64,000 nucleotides of DNA from an uncultured Chitinophagales bacterium. GTDB taxonomy: Bacteria > Bacteroidota > Rhodothermia > Balneolales > HLUCCA01. Position 1 is the first letter of the stretch. Each line of letters begins with the position of its first letter. Shown here piece after piece: positions 8,314-19,138 of the stretch. The position numbers and the translations under genes were made by a program. The DNA is taken from the NCBI GenBank assembly GCA_964550435.1, contig CAZJZI010000005.1:10713-74712 (forward strand), read 5' to 3'. The notes below the pieces were generated by a model. The model saw only the letters and a program-made list of their open reading frames with translations, made no database searches and was not told the origin of the DNA.

Positions 8314-9717
8314 TTATGGGAAAATTCCTAATTGTTCGTAAGAATGGCCTATCTTATTAATTGCACTAACAAATGCAGCTGTTCTCAAATCGATTTTATG
8401 TCGATCTCTGATTTCTTTTATTTCATTGTATGCTGTGATCATGGTGTCTTCAAGTCCTGAGTCAACCAAATCTCTTTCGTCTGCACCGTGAACAATTTTT
8501 TTAATAATGTCTTCGGAGAACTTTCTACCAACGAGATCTTCAACACCCTGAACCATTTTTCTCATCGCGTTTTCTTCAAAACGACGCTCCATTCGTCCGA
8601 ATCTGACATGGGATAGATTTTTTAGCCACTCAAAATATGACACAGTCACCCCACCGGCATTCAAATAATTATCCGGTATTATCAATGCACCGCGATCTTT
8701 CATAATGTCGTGAGCCTCGGCGGATGTAGGGCCATTAGCACCCTCGCCAATGATTTTAGCTTTAATTCGAGGGGCATTTTCTTCTGTAAGCTGGTTCTCA
8801 AGAGCCGCGGGAATGAGAATGTCACATTCGACCTCTAATCCTTTTGAAGAGTCAATGAATGACTCGGCCCCAGGATAGTTAAGAATTGAGCCGGTCTCAT
8901 TTCTGTGTTTCATTACTTTTTCAAGATCAAGACCTCTTGGATTGTAAATAGCGCCCTCGTATTCACAAAGTCCAACTAGAACGGCTCCCGCTTCTTCGAA
9001 ATACTTGGCCGAATAATACCCAACTTTACCGAGTCCCTGAACAACTACTGTTTTCCCTTCGATTCCCTTGGTTAGTCCTAGTGCTTTCATGTCTTCGATC
9101 TGATCACATGCTTCACGAACTCCAAAAAACACTCCACGGCCTGTAGCTTCGGCCCGACCACGGATTCCTGACTGGTGAATTGGCTTTCCGGTTACCACTG
9201 CTGAGGCGTCAATATTTGGACTCAGCGCACGATAGGTGTCCATAATCCAAGCCATTTCTTGTTCACCAGTCCCATAATCTGGAGCCGGAACATCAACACC
9301 AGGACCAATGAAGTTTTTTGCCCATAATTCGTATGTGTACCTGCGGGTAATTCTCTCCAACTCTGATTTTGAGTACTGGTTTCTGTCAATTTTAATACCA
9401 CCTTTTGCTCCTCCAAAAGGGACATCCACAACTGCGCATTTATAGGTCATCAGAGCAGCCAAGGCGGTTACCTCATCTTCATTAACCAACATACTGTAAC
9501 GGATTCCACCTTTGGTTGGAGAGCGATGATGACTGTGTTCTGCTCTCCATGCGTGAATAGTTTCGATTTCGCCATTATCACGTTCAAGCGGGAACGTCAT
9601 GTGGTACACACTGTTACAGGACTTTATCTGGTTCAGGATTCCGGGCGATAGCTTTGTATACTTTGCAGCTCTATCGAAATTCTTATTTACCTGTTCGAAA
9701 AACTTGTAATTCGACAT
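8314..9717 (-). CDS. gdh: Glutamate dehydrogenase (Glu/Leu/Phe/Val dehydrogenase family)
   Basis: [18 protein letters not shown] and the Rossmann motif [10 protein letters not shown]. Confidence 0.9.
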   Translation of the reverse strand: MSNYKFFEQVNKNFDRAAKYTKLSPGILNQIKSCNSVYHMTFPLERDNGEIETIHAWRAEHSHHRSPTKGGIRYSMLVNEDEVTALAALMTYKCAVVDVPFGGAKGGIKIDRNQYSKSELERITRRYTYELWAKNFIGPGVDVPAPDYGTGEQEMAWIMDTYRALSPNIDASAVVTGKPIHQSGIRGRAEATGRGVFFGVREACDQIEDMKALGLTKGIEGKTVVVQGLGKVGYYSAKYFEEAGAVLVGLCEYEGAIYNPRGLDLEKVMKHRNETGSILNYPGAESFIDSSKGLEVECDILIPAALENQLTEENAPRIKAKIIGEGANGPTSAEAHDIMKDRGALIIPDNYLNAGGVTVSYFEWLKNLSHVRFGRMERRFEENAMRKMVQGVEDLVGRKFSEDIIKKIVHGADERDLVDSGLEDTMITAYNEIKEIRDRHKIDLRTAAFVSAINKIGHSYEQLGIFP

Positions 9718-9832
9718 TGTTTACCTCTGGCGTTTGTGTATGATGATAGATTGCTAACAGGAACCATGATAATACAAAGGCTTGTACTATACTCCAAATC
9801 CATGAAACATCAATTTATTGAGGTTGGCTAGA

Positions 9833-10786
9833 TCAATCTTTGAAGAGCGCTTCAACAAATGAAGTTCGATCGAAAATCTGTAAATCTTCAATTTTCTCAC
9901 CAACGCCAATGTACTTAACCGGGACGTTCAATTCTGATGATATCCCAATTACTATTCCGCCTCGAGCTGTGCCATCAAGTTTTGTCAGGGCTAGTCCTGT
10001 GATTTCAACCGCCTGAGTGAATGCTTTAGCCTGGAGCATTGCGTTTTGACCGGTAGACCCATCAAGAACCAGGATTACTTCGTGAGGGGCATTGTCAATT
10101 ACTTTGCTAATAACACGTTTAATTTTGCCTAGCTCATCCATCAGAGCTGTTTTATTGTGAAGTCGACCCGCAGTATCAATCAGTACAACATCAGTATTCC
10201 GAGACTTTGCTGCCGAGACAGTATCGAAGGCTACAGCAGCTGGGTCTGCTCCTTGACCTTGTTGAATTATGGGGACTCCAGCTCGTTGACTCCAGATAGT
10301 TAGCTGTTGTACAGCCGCAGCACGAAATGTATCAGCCGCACCCAGATAAACAGATTTACCTGCTAACTTGTAGAGGTTGGCCAGTTTGCCAATGGTTGTC
10401 GTTTTTCCAACACCATTCACCCCTACAATCAAAACAACATGTGGTTTGTCGAGAAATTCCGCGTCAAATTCAGCCGGTCTGCCGGGATCATTATCTTTTA
10501 GTAGTGCGATTATCTCTTCTCGCAAGATTCTCTGAAGTTCGTTACTGTTGAGGTATTTGTCTCGTGCAACACGATCTTCAACACGTTTGATAATTTTTAA
10601 AGTGGTAGGAACGCCGACGTCTGATCGAATCAGAATTTCTTCAAGTTCATCCAGAATTTCATCATCAACGGTATCTTTTCCGGCAATTGCCCGACTTAAT
10701 CTTGATACAATTCCGTCACGGCTCTTTTCGAGACCCGCTTCCAGACTTTCTTTTTTCTTAAATCCTAGTTTTTCTAGAAAACCCAT
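9833..10786 (-). CDS. ftsY: Signal recognition particle receptor
   Basis: GVNGVGKTTTIGKLA, DTAGRLH, LTKLDGTARGG. Confidence 0.95.
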   Translation of the reverse strand: MGFLEKLGFKKKESLEAGLEKSRDGIVSRLSRAIAGKDTVDDEILDELEEILIRSDVGVPTTLKIIKRVEDRVARDKYLNSNELQRILREEIIALLKDNDPGRPAEFDAEFLDKPHVVLIVGVNGVGKTTTIGKLANLYKLAGKSVYLGAADTFRAAAVQQLTIWSQRAGVPIIQQGQGADPAAVAFDTVSAAKSRNTDVVLIDTAGRLHNKTALMDELGKIKRVISKVIDNAPHEVILVLDGSTGQNAMLQAKAFTQAVEITGLALTKLDGTARGGIVIGISSELNVPVKYIGVGEKIEDLQIFDRTSFVEALFKD

Positions 10787-10794
10787 AAGTGTAG

Positions 10795-11379
10795 TTAGTT
10801 AAAATCTGCTCCACGTTGAATCTGGATGAATCGATAGATATAGTCAAAAAAGGAGTATATCAGAATCACAGTGGTTGAAACCAGCAGGTATGAAATAAAT
10901 TGAGTATATCCCGGAAAGAAGAATGCCATGATCCAATATGCGGCCAGGAAATTTACGAATATTTTACCTGACATCACCGACATTGCCACTTTTCCCTTTT
11001 TCTTTCCAATCAACAATGATCCCAGCATTATTAGAAAATCTCTACTCAGACATAACGTTACAAACCATATTGGAATCAAATCTATCCAACCAGCATAAAT
11101 GAATAGCATTCCAGCCAATAACTTGTCCGCAACCGGATCAGCAACTTTACCTAATTCAGTTATTTCGTCATTAAATCGGGCAGCCCAGCCATCCAGATAA
11201 TCTGATATAATTGCATAAACAACCAAACTGGTAAATAAAGTGTTTATTCCATGCTTGGAATGAATAAATATCAAAATGGGGGCAACAAGAATTCTACTCA
11301 GCGAAAAAAAATTCGCCAAGGTTATGTACTTATTCTTCACGACAAATTTGCGTTTGTCTATGAATTGTGCCGGTTGCAT
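10795..11379 (-). CDS. CDP-alcohol phosphatidyltransferase family protein
   Basis: DYLDGWAARFNDEITELGKVADPVADK matches D-x2-DG-x2-AR...G-x3-D-x3-D; multi-pass membrane protein. Confidence 0.75.
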   Translation of the reverse strand: MQPAQFIDKRKFVVKNKYITLANFFSLSRILVAPILIFIHSKHGINTLFTSLVVYAIISDYLDGWAARFNDEITELGKVADPVADKLLAGMLFIYAGWIDLIPIWFVTLCLSRDFLIMLGSLLIGKKKGKVAMSVMSGKIFVNFLAAYWIMAFFFPGYTQFISYLLVSTTVILIYSFFDYIYRFIQIQRGADFN

Positions 11380-11442
11380 GAGTTTAATCTGGGGGTATGT
11401 CTTATTTTATGCTAAAATAACAATAACCTTTTTGCTTTTTAT

Positions 11443-11991
11443 ATGCTAATCCACCACAAATTGATAGAAAAGAAAATTAAAGCGGAATGTGTTTTTGATG
11501 GAAACTTGTTGAAAGTCTGGAGAGATGATGTTCTATTACCAAATGGGAATATTTCGCAAAGAGAATGGATAAAGCATCCTGGAGCCAGTGCGGTGGTTCC
11601 AATATTTGAAAATGGTGACGTAATGCTGATTCAACAGTTCAGGTATGGTGCAAAACAAGTTTTTATTGAGGTTCCAGCTGGAAAACTAGATCCGGGTGAG
11701 GCTCCAGATGTCTCTGCTGTACGCGAACTCGAGGAAGAGGTGGGTTTGAGATGTGAAGATCTCATTTACCTAGGACATCAGTATCCCGCTATCGGTTTCT
11801 CTGATGAAATACTTCATAATTTTCTGGCTATCGGACTAACAAAGGTTTCTGATCACACAGATTATGATGAATTCGTAGAACCACTACGCGTCTCGATGAA
11901 ACAAGCTTTGGATTGGGTCTTTGATGGAACAATTAATGATGCAAAGTCAATTATTGCCTTGGTAATGGCTAATAAAGCGTTAAAGCGGTAG
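11443..11991 (+). CDS. NUDIX hydrolase (ADP-ribose pyrophosphatase-like)
   Basis: Nudix box GKLDPGEAPDVSAVRELEEEVG. Confidence 0.8.
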   Translation: MLIHHKLIEKKIKAECVFDGNLLKVWRDDVLLPNGNISQREWIKHPGASAVVPIFENGDVMLIQQFRYGAKQVFIEVPAGKLDPGEAPDVSAVRELEEEVGLRCEDLIYLGHQYPAIGFSDEILHNFLAIGLTKVSDHTDYDEFVEPLRVSMKQALDWVFDGTINDAKSIIALVMANKALKR

Positions 11992-12056
11992 AGCACTTGC
12001 CCGCCCGGCCAAAATTACATATATTACACATATATAAGTAATTAGGATCCGCAATC

Positions 12057-13127
12057 ATGGCTGTAAGGAAAATCATTCACATTGACATGGATGCATTTTA
12101 TGCCTCAGTTGAGCAGCGTGATTTTCCTGAATATCGTGGTAAACCGGTTATTGTTGGGGGATCACCAAACTCTCGCGGAGTTGTATCAACAGCCAGTTAT
12201 GAGGCACGAAAGTTTGGAGTACACTCAGCAATGCCAACCAGCCAAGCGTATCGACTTTGTCCAGAGGGTATTTTTGTACATCCTAGATTTGAAGTCTATA
12301 AAGAAGCATCAAATCAAATACGTGAAATTTTTCATGAGTATACAGACTTGGTTGAACCTCTTTCACTTGATGAAGCTTACATTGATGTCACAGAAAATAA
12401 GTCCGATAATCCATCAGCTACTCTGATAGCTATTGAAATACAACGTAAAGTTAAACAGAAAACTCAGCTGACGTGCTCGGCTGGGGTTTCTTACAATAAG
12501 TTTCTGGCAAAAGTCGCATCCGGATTCAAAAAGCCATCAGGACTAACTGTAATTGCACCTGATAAAGCACTGGAGTTCATTCATGCTCTCCCAATTGGAA
12601 AGTTTTATGGAGTTGGGTCTGCAACCGAGAAAAAAATGAAGGAGCTTGGAATTAATACCGGAGCAGAATTGGCCTTGTTGACCGAGCATGATCTCGTCCA
12701 TCATTTTGGAAAAGCTGGACATTACTACTATCAAATAGCAAGAGGAATAGACGAACGAGAAGTAAAACCAGATCGGGTTAGAAAGTCAGTGGGTGCTGAG
12801 AATACATTTGCTACCGACCTGTCAGACATAGAGGATATGCATTTCAGACTTGCAGAAGTCGCAGATACCGTGGAAAGGCGACTCAAAAAGATTAATACGT
12901 CAGGGCGTACCGTGACTTTAAAAGTAAGATATAGCAATTTTGATATATGTAGCCGAAGTCTGACATTAAATAATGATGTTCAGGATGCCCCCGACTTACT
13001 ACATATAGCCATTTCATTACTTGGGCAAACAGAAGTTGATCATAGAGCAGTAAGACTACTTGGGATTTCAGTTTCGAATTTGTCAATCGGTAGAGAAGAG
13101 TCCTCTCAATTAACTCTCGGAATTTGA
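12057..13127 (+). CDS. dinB: DNA polymerase IV
   Basis: IIHIDMDAFYASVEQRD, SLDEAYIDVT, Y-family polymerase length. Confidence 0.95.
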   Translation: MAVRKIIHIDMDAFYASVEQRDFPEYRGKPVIVGGSPNSRGVVSTASYEARKFGVHSAMPTSQAYRLCPEGIFVHPRFEVYKEASNQIREIFHEYTDLVEPLSLDEAYIDVTENKSDNPSATLIAIEIQRKVKQKTQLTCSAGVSYNKFLAKVASGFKKPSGLTVIAPDKALEFIHALPIGKFYGVGSATEKKMKELGINTGAELALLTEHDLVHHFGKAGHYYYQIARGIDEREVKPDRVRKSVGAENTFATDLSDIEDMHFRLAEVADTVERRLKKINTSGRTVTLKVRYSNFDICSRSLTLNNDVQDAPDLLHIAISLLGQTEVDHRAVRLLGISVSNLSIGREESSQLTLGI

Positions 13128-13712
13128 ATCATTAAATGGTATCGGATCAGTATCAAGAGCGATATCCAGAAGCTTTGAATATTTTGTAGGGGCAATTTCG
13201 ATACATCCAAATTGCTGAAGAAAAGAGTTCTTAAATTGAACATCCCACAGCACAAATCCCTTTTTTACCAATGTACTGTGGCAGAAATGAAGTGCAATTT
13301 TCATGCATTCAGGTTTGCTTTGAAACACTGATTCTGCAAAAAAAGCACCACCAAGTGCAATTCCATAAAGTCCACCGCACAGTTCTTCATCTTTCCATAC
13401 TTCAATAGAGTGCGCCAATCCAACTTTGTGAAGAGAAACAAAGGTTTCTCTGATGGTATTGTTAATCCAGGTAGACTCTCGGTTTGAACATCCATCAATC
13501 ACACCTTCAAAATTCTTGTTTATACCAAGGGTGTACTTTTTAGTTCTTATCGTTCTTAAAACTCTTTTGGGAATGTGAAATGAATCAAGCGGAAAGACTC
13601 CGCGTTTGGTTGATGAGTACCATTCTACCTCCACATCTGAGCCTTCTTTCCCCATAGGAAAGTATCCCTGACAGTAGGCTTCTACCATGAATTCGGGACT
13701 GATAACAGCCAT
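13110..13712 (-). CDS. aat: Leucyl/phenylalanyl-tRNA--protein transferase
   Basis: YCQGYFPM and the GGLYGIALGGAFFAESVF motif. The 3' end overlaps the dinB 3' end by 18 nt. Confidence 0.9.
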   Translation of the reverse strand: MAVISPEFMVEAYCQGYFPMGKEGSDVEVEWYSSTKRGVFPLDSFHIPKRVLRTIRTKKYTLGINKNFEGVIDGCSNRESTWINNTIRETFVSLHKVGLAHSIEVWKDEELCGGLYGIALGGAFFAESVFQSKPECMKIALHFCHSTLVKKGFVLWDVQFKNSFLQQFGCIEIAPTKYSKLLDIALDTDPIPFNDSNSES

Positions 13713-13720
13713 ATTAGTAC

Positions 13721-15109
13721 TTAAACGTTAGCCTGCGATAACTTAGCGAAGTATTCTTTGGCTGCGGCACGAACTTTAGGTGACAATAACAAAGTGGAAG
13801 TCATGGTTGGTATGGCCATCAAAGCAAAAGCTCCATCGACAAGACTAATCACAGCATTGATTGATGCTACAGCGCCAAACCATATCGAAAAGATGTAAAA
13901 GTAGTTGTACCAGTGTTGACGCTCGGCACCGAGTAGGAATCCAAGGCACTTAGTTCCGTAGTACGAATAGGTAAACATGGTAGTTAAACTGAAGATCAGA
14001 ACACAAACGATGAGAATGATCAGCCCGATCTGCCCGGGCATACCTTCCATGAAAGCCATCGCCGTTAATGTTACCCCGTCTACAGAAGTGTCTGTCCAAA
14101 CGCCAGTCATTAAAATTGCCAACCCAGTCATGGTACAAACGATAAGTGTATCTATGACAGGTTCGATCATTGCAACAAGTCCTTCACGTACGGGTTCTTT
14201 CGTTTTAGCCGCACCGTGTGCTAGGGCTTCCGTACCAATACCAGCCTCGTTTGAGAACGCTGCTCTACGTATTCCAGTACGTATTACTTCACCAACGGCA
14301 CCACCCATAACGGCATTTCCGGTAAAAGCATCGGTGATTATGAGGTTGAAGTAATAGGGTATTTCAGAAAAATGCATAAAAACGATATACAGAACGGATC
14401 CACTATATAGGATCACCATTAATGGAACCAGTTTAGCCGCCACATTTCCAATTCTTTTGATTCCACCAAAAATTACCAGAGAAACTAGACCGACCAGGAA
14501 TAGGCCAATTAGTGCATCAGACGTAAATGTTGCACCGGCCTCAACGACTCCATAAGGAATTAAAAGTTTGTCTCTGATGATTTGGGTGAGTTGATTAGAC
14601 TGGAACATTGGAGTACAACCAATTAGACCACATAGGGCGAACATCACGGCCAGAGGCTTCCATTTTTCACCAAGACCCTCGCGAATAACATACATAGGAC
14701 CACCCTGAAGCTTACCTGAACTATCTTTTCCACGATACATTACTGCCAATGTACAGGTGTAAAACTTGGTCATCATACCAACTAAAGCACTTACCCACAT
14801 CCAGAAAAGTGCTCCTGGACCACCCATGGATATTGCAATTGCTACACCACTTATATTTCCCATCCCAACTGTTGCGGCTAGGGCAGAAGACAGCGCCTGA
14901 AAATGGTTGATGTCTCCGGGTGCATCAGGATCATCAAATCTGCCAGTGATAACCTGTATAGAATGTTTGAAGTATTTATATGGTTGGAAACGGGAGTGGA
15001 TTACGAAATAGAGTCCACCACCTATGAGTAGTATTAACAGTGGAGTCCCCCAGGCGTAATTTCCAAATGCTACGAATACGGTTTCCAGAAAATCTAAAAA
15101 TTCAGTCAA
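13721..15109 (-). CDS. Alanine/glycine:cation symporter (AGCS family)
   Basis: FQALSSALAATVGMGNISGVAIAISMGGPGALFWMW signature; multi-pass membrane protein. Confidence 0.9.
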   Translation of the reverse strand: MTEFLDFLETVFVAFGNYAWGTPLLILLIGGGLYFVIHSRFQPYKYFKHSIQVITGRFDDPDAPGDINHFQALSSALAATVGMGNISGVAIAISMGGPGALFWMWVSALVGMMTKFYTCTLAVMYRGKDSSGKLQGGPMYVIREGLGEKWKPLAVMFALCGLIGCTPMFQSNQLTQIIRDKLLIPYGVVEAGATFTSDALIGLFLVGLVSLVIFGGIKRIGNVAAKLVPLMVILYSGSVLYIVFMHFSEIPYYFNLIITDAFTGNAVMGGAVGEVIRTGIRRAAFSNEAGIGTEALAHGAAKTKEPVREGLVAMIEPVIDTLIVCTMTGLAILMTGVWTDTSVDGVTLTAMAFMEGMPGQIGLIILIVCVLIFSLTTMFTYSYYGTKCLGFLLGAERQHWYNYFYIFSIWFGAVASINAVISLVDGAFALMAIPTMTSTLLLSPKVRAAAKEYFAKLSQANV

Positions 15110-15278
15110 AATGATTAAGATTGAGTTTTTGGTGATTGACGCAATTTATTGACGCAGCAATATATAAAAATCGAGGTTTAAATCGATTTAAAACTACAAT
15201 TGATCAAAAATGGGATAAGATCATCTAGCGCCACTTCCGGAACATGTGTCGGTTGAGGCATTTGGGACGGGTATAATT

Positions 15279-15911
15279 CTAACCGATTATTGGCCTAATA
15301 CCGTTGATTATGAACTGAACACCGATACACAGAGTTATAAAACCCATAAGACGGGTAAATCCTGCCATTCCCGTTTTTCCCATGAAGCGCATGAATGCAG
15401 GGGATATGCGAAGAACGATAAATGCACCGATAGAGCAAAGAATAATGGCCGCGGTTATCAATGTGTAGTTGGTAAACGATAAGTCCTGAGAAGCAAAACT
15501 CATCACAACAGCTATTGATCCCGGGCCAGAAAGAAGTGGCATTGCCATTGGACTAAACGAAATATCGGGCTTTTCCTTGGCAGCAGTTTCGTCTTCATCA
15601 CTGAGTTTTCGTCCGCCTTCTTTAGGATTCAGCAAAGAAAAAGCCCAGTTCATGATCATTAAACCACCAGCGATTCGAATTCCCTCCAGTGAAATACCAA
15701 AAAAACTGATTATGTAGGTTCCGCCAAACAAAAAGCTGAGCAGAATGGCAGACATGAAGATTGAGGCTTTGAGAGCCTGTTTTTTTCTGAATTGGTCAGA
15801 ATCGTTTTCGGTCAGGACCAAAAATATGGGAACCGCCGAAATTGGGTTAACTATCGCAAAAATGGCGATGAAATATCCGAATAGTAATGATATGAGGTAG
15901 AATGGATCCAA
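15279..15911 (-). CDS. MarC-family integral membrane protein
   Basis: IVNPISAVPIFLVLT motif; six predicted TM segments; about 210 aa. Confidence 0.8.
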   Translation of the reverse strand: MDPFYLISLLFGYFIAIFAIVNPISAVPIFLVLTENDSDQFRKKQALKASIFMSAILLSFLFGGTYIISFFGISLEGIRIAGGLMIMNWAFSLLNPKEGGRKLSDEDETAAKEKPDISFSPMAMPLLSGPGSIAVVMSFASQDLSFTNYTLITAAIILCSIGAFIVLRISPAFMRFMGKTGMAGFTRLMGFITLCIGVQFIINGIRPIIG

Positions 15912-15987
15912 GCGGAGCGCGATTTAAGAATGTCTGCCAACAAAGTTACGATTTTTATATAGCCATGCAAAGTTAGTCTACTAAAAC

Positions 15988-18807
15988 CTACATGTTTAGC
16001 AATGGTTTGAGGTATCTACCAGTATGCGATCCGGGAATTTTGGCAACTTCCTCGGGTGTTCCGGTAGCTATTATATTTCCACCTTCAAACCCACCTTCTG
16101 GACCAACATCAATGATCCAATCCGCAGATTTGATAACATCCAAGTTGTGTTCAATGATAATTACTGAGTGTCCATTTTCTATGAGTCGGTTAAAAGAGCT
16201 CAATAGTCTGTAGGTGTCTTCAAAATGAAGACCGGTGGTTGGTTCGTCAAAAAAGTAAAGTGTGTGATCAGAGTCCTCACGCGCCAGAAATCGAGCCAGT
16301 TTTACCCTTTGTGCTTCTCCACCGGATAATGTAGTTCCACTTTGGCCTAATTTGAGGTAACCCAGCCCGACATCCTCCATCACCTGAAGTTTGTTTGTAA
16401 TGGTGTCATTTCCTTCAAAGAATCCTAGGGCATCTGAAATAGACATTTCAAGCACGTCAAAAATGTTCTTGCCCTGATATTTGATCGCAAGTACGTCTTT
16501 TCGGTATCGCATGCCGTTACAAGCTTCACACGGAAGCTCAATATCGGCCAAAAACTGCATCTCTATGGTTTGAACCCCTTCACCCTGACACGTTTCACAT
16601 CGTCCACCAGGAACGTTGAAAGAGAAATGTCCAGGTCCATATCCCATGATCTTAGATTGTCGGGTATTTGCGAACAAATCCCTGATACCATCGAATGCTT
16701 TTGTATAAGTTGCCGGGTTAGACCGGGTTGATCTACCAATAGGAGTTTGGTCAACCATTTCAACAGAGGAGATATGTATCAAACCCGATAATTTTTTGTG
16801 ACGCCCGACTTTACCGTTCCAGGTACCAATTTCTTTCATGATTCCGGCATAAAGGGTATCGTGCACCAATGTTGATTTTCCTGATCCACTCACTCCCGTT
16901 ACACATACTAGTTTTCCAAGAGGGAAATCTACATCAACATGCTTCAGGTTGTTTTCAGATGCGCCGCGTAATTCGATTTTTTTGTCATTGCCCTTTCTTC
17001 TGACTTCAGGAACAGGAATTTGTTTCCTTCCTGACATAAACTTACCCGTTAGTCCATTTGACTTTAGTAATTCACTGTATGAACCACTAAATACTACTTC
17101 TCCGCCATAAGAACCCGCAAATGGGCCAATATCGATGATGTTATCTGCCGCTGCAATCATCTCTGGATCATGTTCAACAACCAGTACGGTGTTGCCAATA
17201 TCCCGGAGTGATTTTAGGATATCAATCAGCCTGTCGTTATCACGGGGATGAAGCCCGATGGTTGGCTCATCCAATACATAAAGACTACCAATAAGAGAGC
17301 TTCCTAATGCATTAGCCAAGTTTATTCGCTGTGCTTCACCCCCAGAAAGGGTGTTGGTCTGACGGTCCAGCGTCAGGTAATATAAACCTACTTCATCCAG
17401 GTAGCGCAACCGCTTTCTAATTTCATAGAGAATTTGGGTAGCAACAGACTTCTCATAATCTGTTAACTCAAGATTGTCAAACCATTGTCGTGCATGACCT
17501 ATTGTCATTTCACTAATCTGTCCGATATGCATATTATTGATCTTGACATTCTGAGCGTCTTTCCTAATTCGATACCCATCACATTCAGGACAACGGGAAT
17601 ATCCACGATATCGAGCGTAAAATACCCTCATGTGAACCTTATAAAAGTCAGACTTGATTTCATCAAAGAATTGATAAATGCCTCCGTATTCGTCTTTCCC
17701 TTTCCAGATTACATCTCGAAGTTCTCGACTTATTGAGTGGTAGGGCTGATCAATAGAAAAACCATGTCGGGCACAAACCTTTACGAGGTCCCTGAGCCAT
17801 AAATTGTTTTTGGGTCCGTTGAAAGGGGCAATTGCACCTCCCCGAATGGATAAATCCGGATCTGGGATGACTTTGTCCTCGTCAATTCCAGCAACACGTC
17901 CAAAACCTTCACATGCCGGACATGCTCCAAAGGGATTATTAAATGAGAACATTTGCGGTGTTGGTTCCACAAAATCAATTCCATCTAATTCAAATCGGTC
18001 GCTGAAAGTAGATTCCTCACCACCACGTTTTTTCAGTATGCAACGTCCAAGACCTTCGCGAAATGCAATTTCGAGCGAGTCGGCAAGCCGTGACCGAAAC
18101 TCTGGGTCATCTTTTTTAATTACCAATCGATCAACTAATACCCGACATTTTTCTGGAGAGATACTTTTTGGGTTAAAATCCGGATCATTAATATCTATCA
18201 ATGTTTCATCTGAACTCAATAACCTGGTAAAACCACGCTCAACTAAAACTCCAAGTTCCTGCTTTAGTTTTTGCTTGTCGTGACGTGGAAATTGAAACAG
18301 GATGTAGAACCTTTCGCCGTCCTCCCAATTAGAAAATATATCTTCGACAACCGATGTAGGGGTGTCTTTTTTTACCACACGACCCGAAACAGGTGAAAAT
18401 GTTGTTCCGATCCTTGCAAACATGAGACGCATGTAATCATAGATTTCGGTCGTGGTACCCACTGTAGACCGAGGATTACTAGTCGTATTTTTCTGCTGAA
18501 TGGCCATAGCAGGTGAAATGCCCTGCATGAAATCCACATCGGGCTTGTCCATGCGTTCCAGAAATTGACGGGCATAACTCGAAAGGCTCTCAACATAACG
18601 TCGCTGTCCCTCTGCATAAATTGTGTCAAATGCAAGGCTTGACTTTCCAGAACCAGATACACCAGTTATGACTGTAAGCTTGTTACGTGGAATTGTAACA
18701 TCTATGTTTTTCAGATTGTGTACCCTGGCACCACGAATAATTAACCCATCTTTTGCTGATGGAGGTTTAGTGGCAAAATCAGTTGTTTCTTTCAAATTCT
18801 GGCTCAT
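15988..18807 (-). CDS. uvrA: Excinuclease ABC subunit A
   Basis: Two ABC ATPase modules ([26 protein letters not shown] x2), zinc-finger Cys clusters, 939 aa. Confidence 0.97.
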   Translation of the reverse strand: MSQNLKETTDFATKPPSAKDGLIIRGARVHNLKNIDVTIPRNKLTVITGVSGSGKSSLAFDTIYAEGQRRYVESLSSYARQFLERMDKPDVDFMQGISPAMAIQQKNTTSNPRSTVGTTTEIYDYMRLMFARIGTTFSPVSGRVVKKDTPTSVVEDIFSNWEDGERFYILFQFPRHDKQKLKQELGVLVERGFTRLLSSDETLIDINDPDFNPKSISPEKCRVLVDRLVIKKDDPEFRSRLADSLEIAFREGLGRCILKKRGGEESTFSDRFELDGIDFVEPTPQMFSFNNPFGACPACEGFGRVAGIDEDKVIPDPDLSIRGGAIAPFNGPKNNLWLRDLVKVCARHGFSIDQPYHSISRELRDVIWKGKDEYGGIYQFFDEIKSDFYKVHMRVFYARYRGYSRCPECDGYRIRKDAQNVKINNMHIGQISEMTIGHARQWFDNLELTDYEKSVATQILYEIRKRLRYLDEVGLYYLTLDRQTNTLSGGEAQRINLANALGSSLIGSLYVLDEPTIGLHPRDNDRLIDILKSLRDIGNTVLVVEHDPEMIAAADNIIDIGPFAGSYGGEVVFSGSYSELLKSNGLTGKFMSGRKQIPVPEVRRKGNDKKIELRGASENNLKHVDVDFPLGKLVCVTGVSGSGKSTLVHDTLYAGIMKEIGTWNGKVGRHKKLSGLIHISSVEMVDQTPIGRSTRSNPATYTKAFDGIRDLFANTRQSKIMGYGPGHFSFNVPGGRCETCQGEGVQTIEMQFLADIELPCEACNGMRYRKDVLAIKYQGKNIFDVLEMSISDALGFFEGNDTITNKLQVMEDVGLGYLKLGQSGTTLSGGEAQRVKLARFLAREDSDHTLYFFDEPTTGLHFEDTYRLLSSFNRLIENGHSVIIIEHNLDVIKSADWIIDVGPEGGFEGGNIIATGTPEEVAKIPGSHTGRYLKPLLNM

Positions 18808-19138
18808 AGTGTATTATAAATTGAACCTTGCAAATTACAGTTATTTCCCCTGAAATGGGAATCATAAAGCAAGTTCAAATCAGTAAACTGAATCATGGCA
18901 TTCTCAATTCCCTCATGTCTCTCGAATCCACAATTTAAGTTTCGACTTAAAAGTATCTATTTGGGGAACGGATTATATTTGAGCCTGGGTTTGGCTTGTA
19001 AATCTTGTTAAAAATTGCGGCATATGTCGATACGATCAAGATTTATTGTTGAGCCAACAAAAAAATTTATATTTTAACCGCTCAACACAAAAGGTTAGTG
19101 GACCTCTAATTACAACACCAACCCCGTAATTAACTACG

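Noticed and set aside
12082-12426. 114-aa alternative-frame ORF within dinB
   Set aside because: It is on the same strand but out of frame inside a motif-complete dinB, with no independent evidence.
15246-15482. 78-aa + strand ORF upstream of and overlapping marC
   Set aside because: It is mostly antisense to the marC 3' half, with no motif and no RBS; a shadow ORF.
17804-18283. 159-aa + strand ORF (and several shorter ones) inside uvrA
   Set aside because: It lies entirely antisense to a full-length, motif-complete uvrA. Its S/P/R-rich low-complexity translation is typical of shadow ORFs, and it has no start context.
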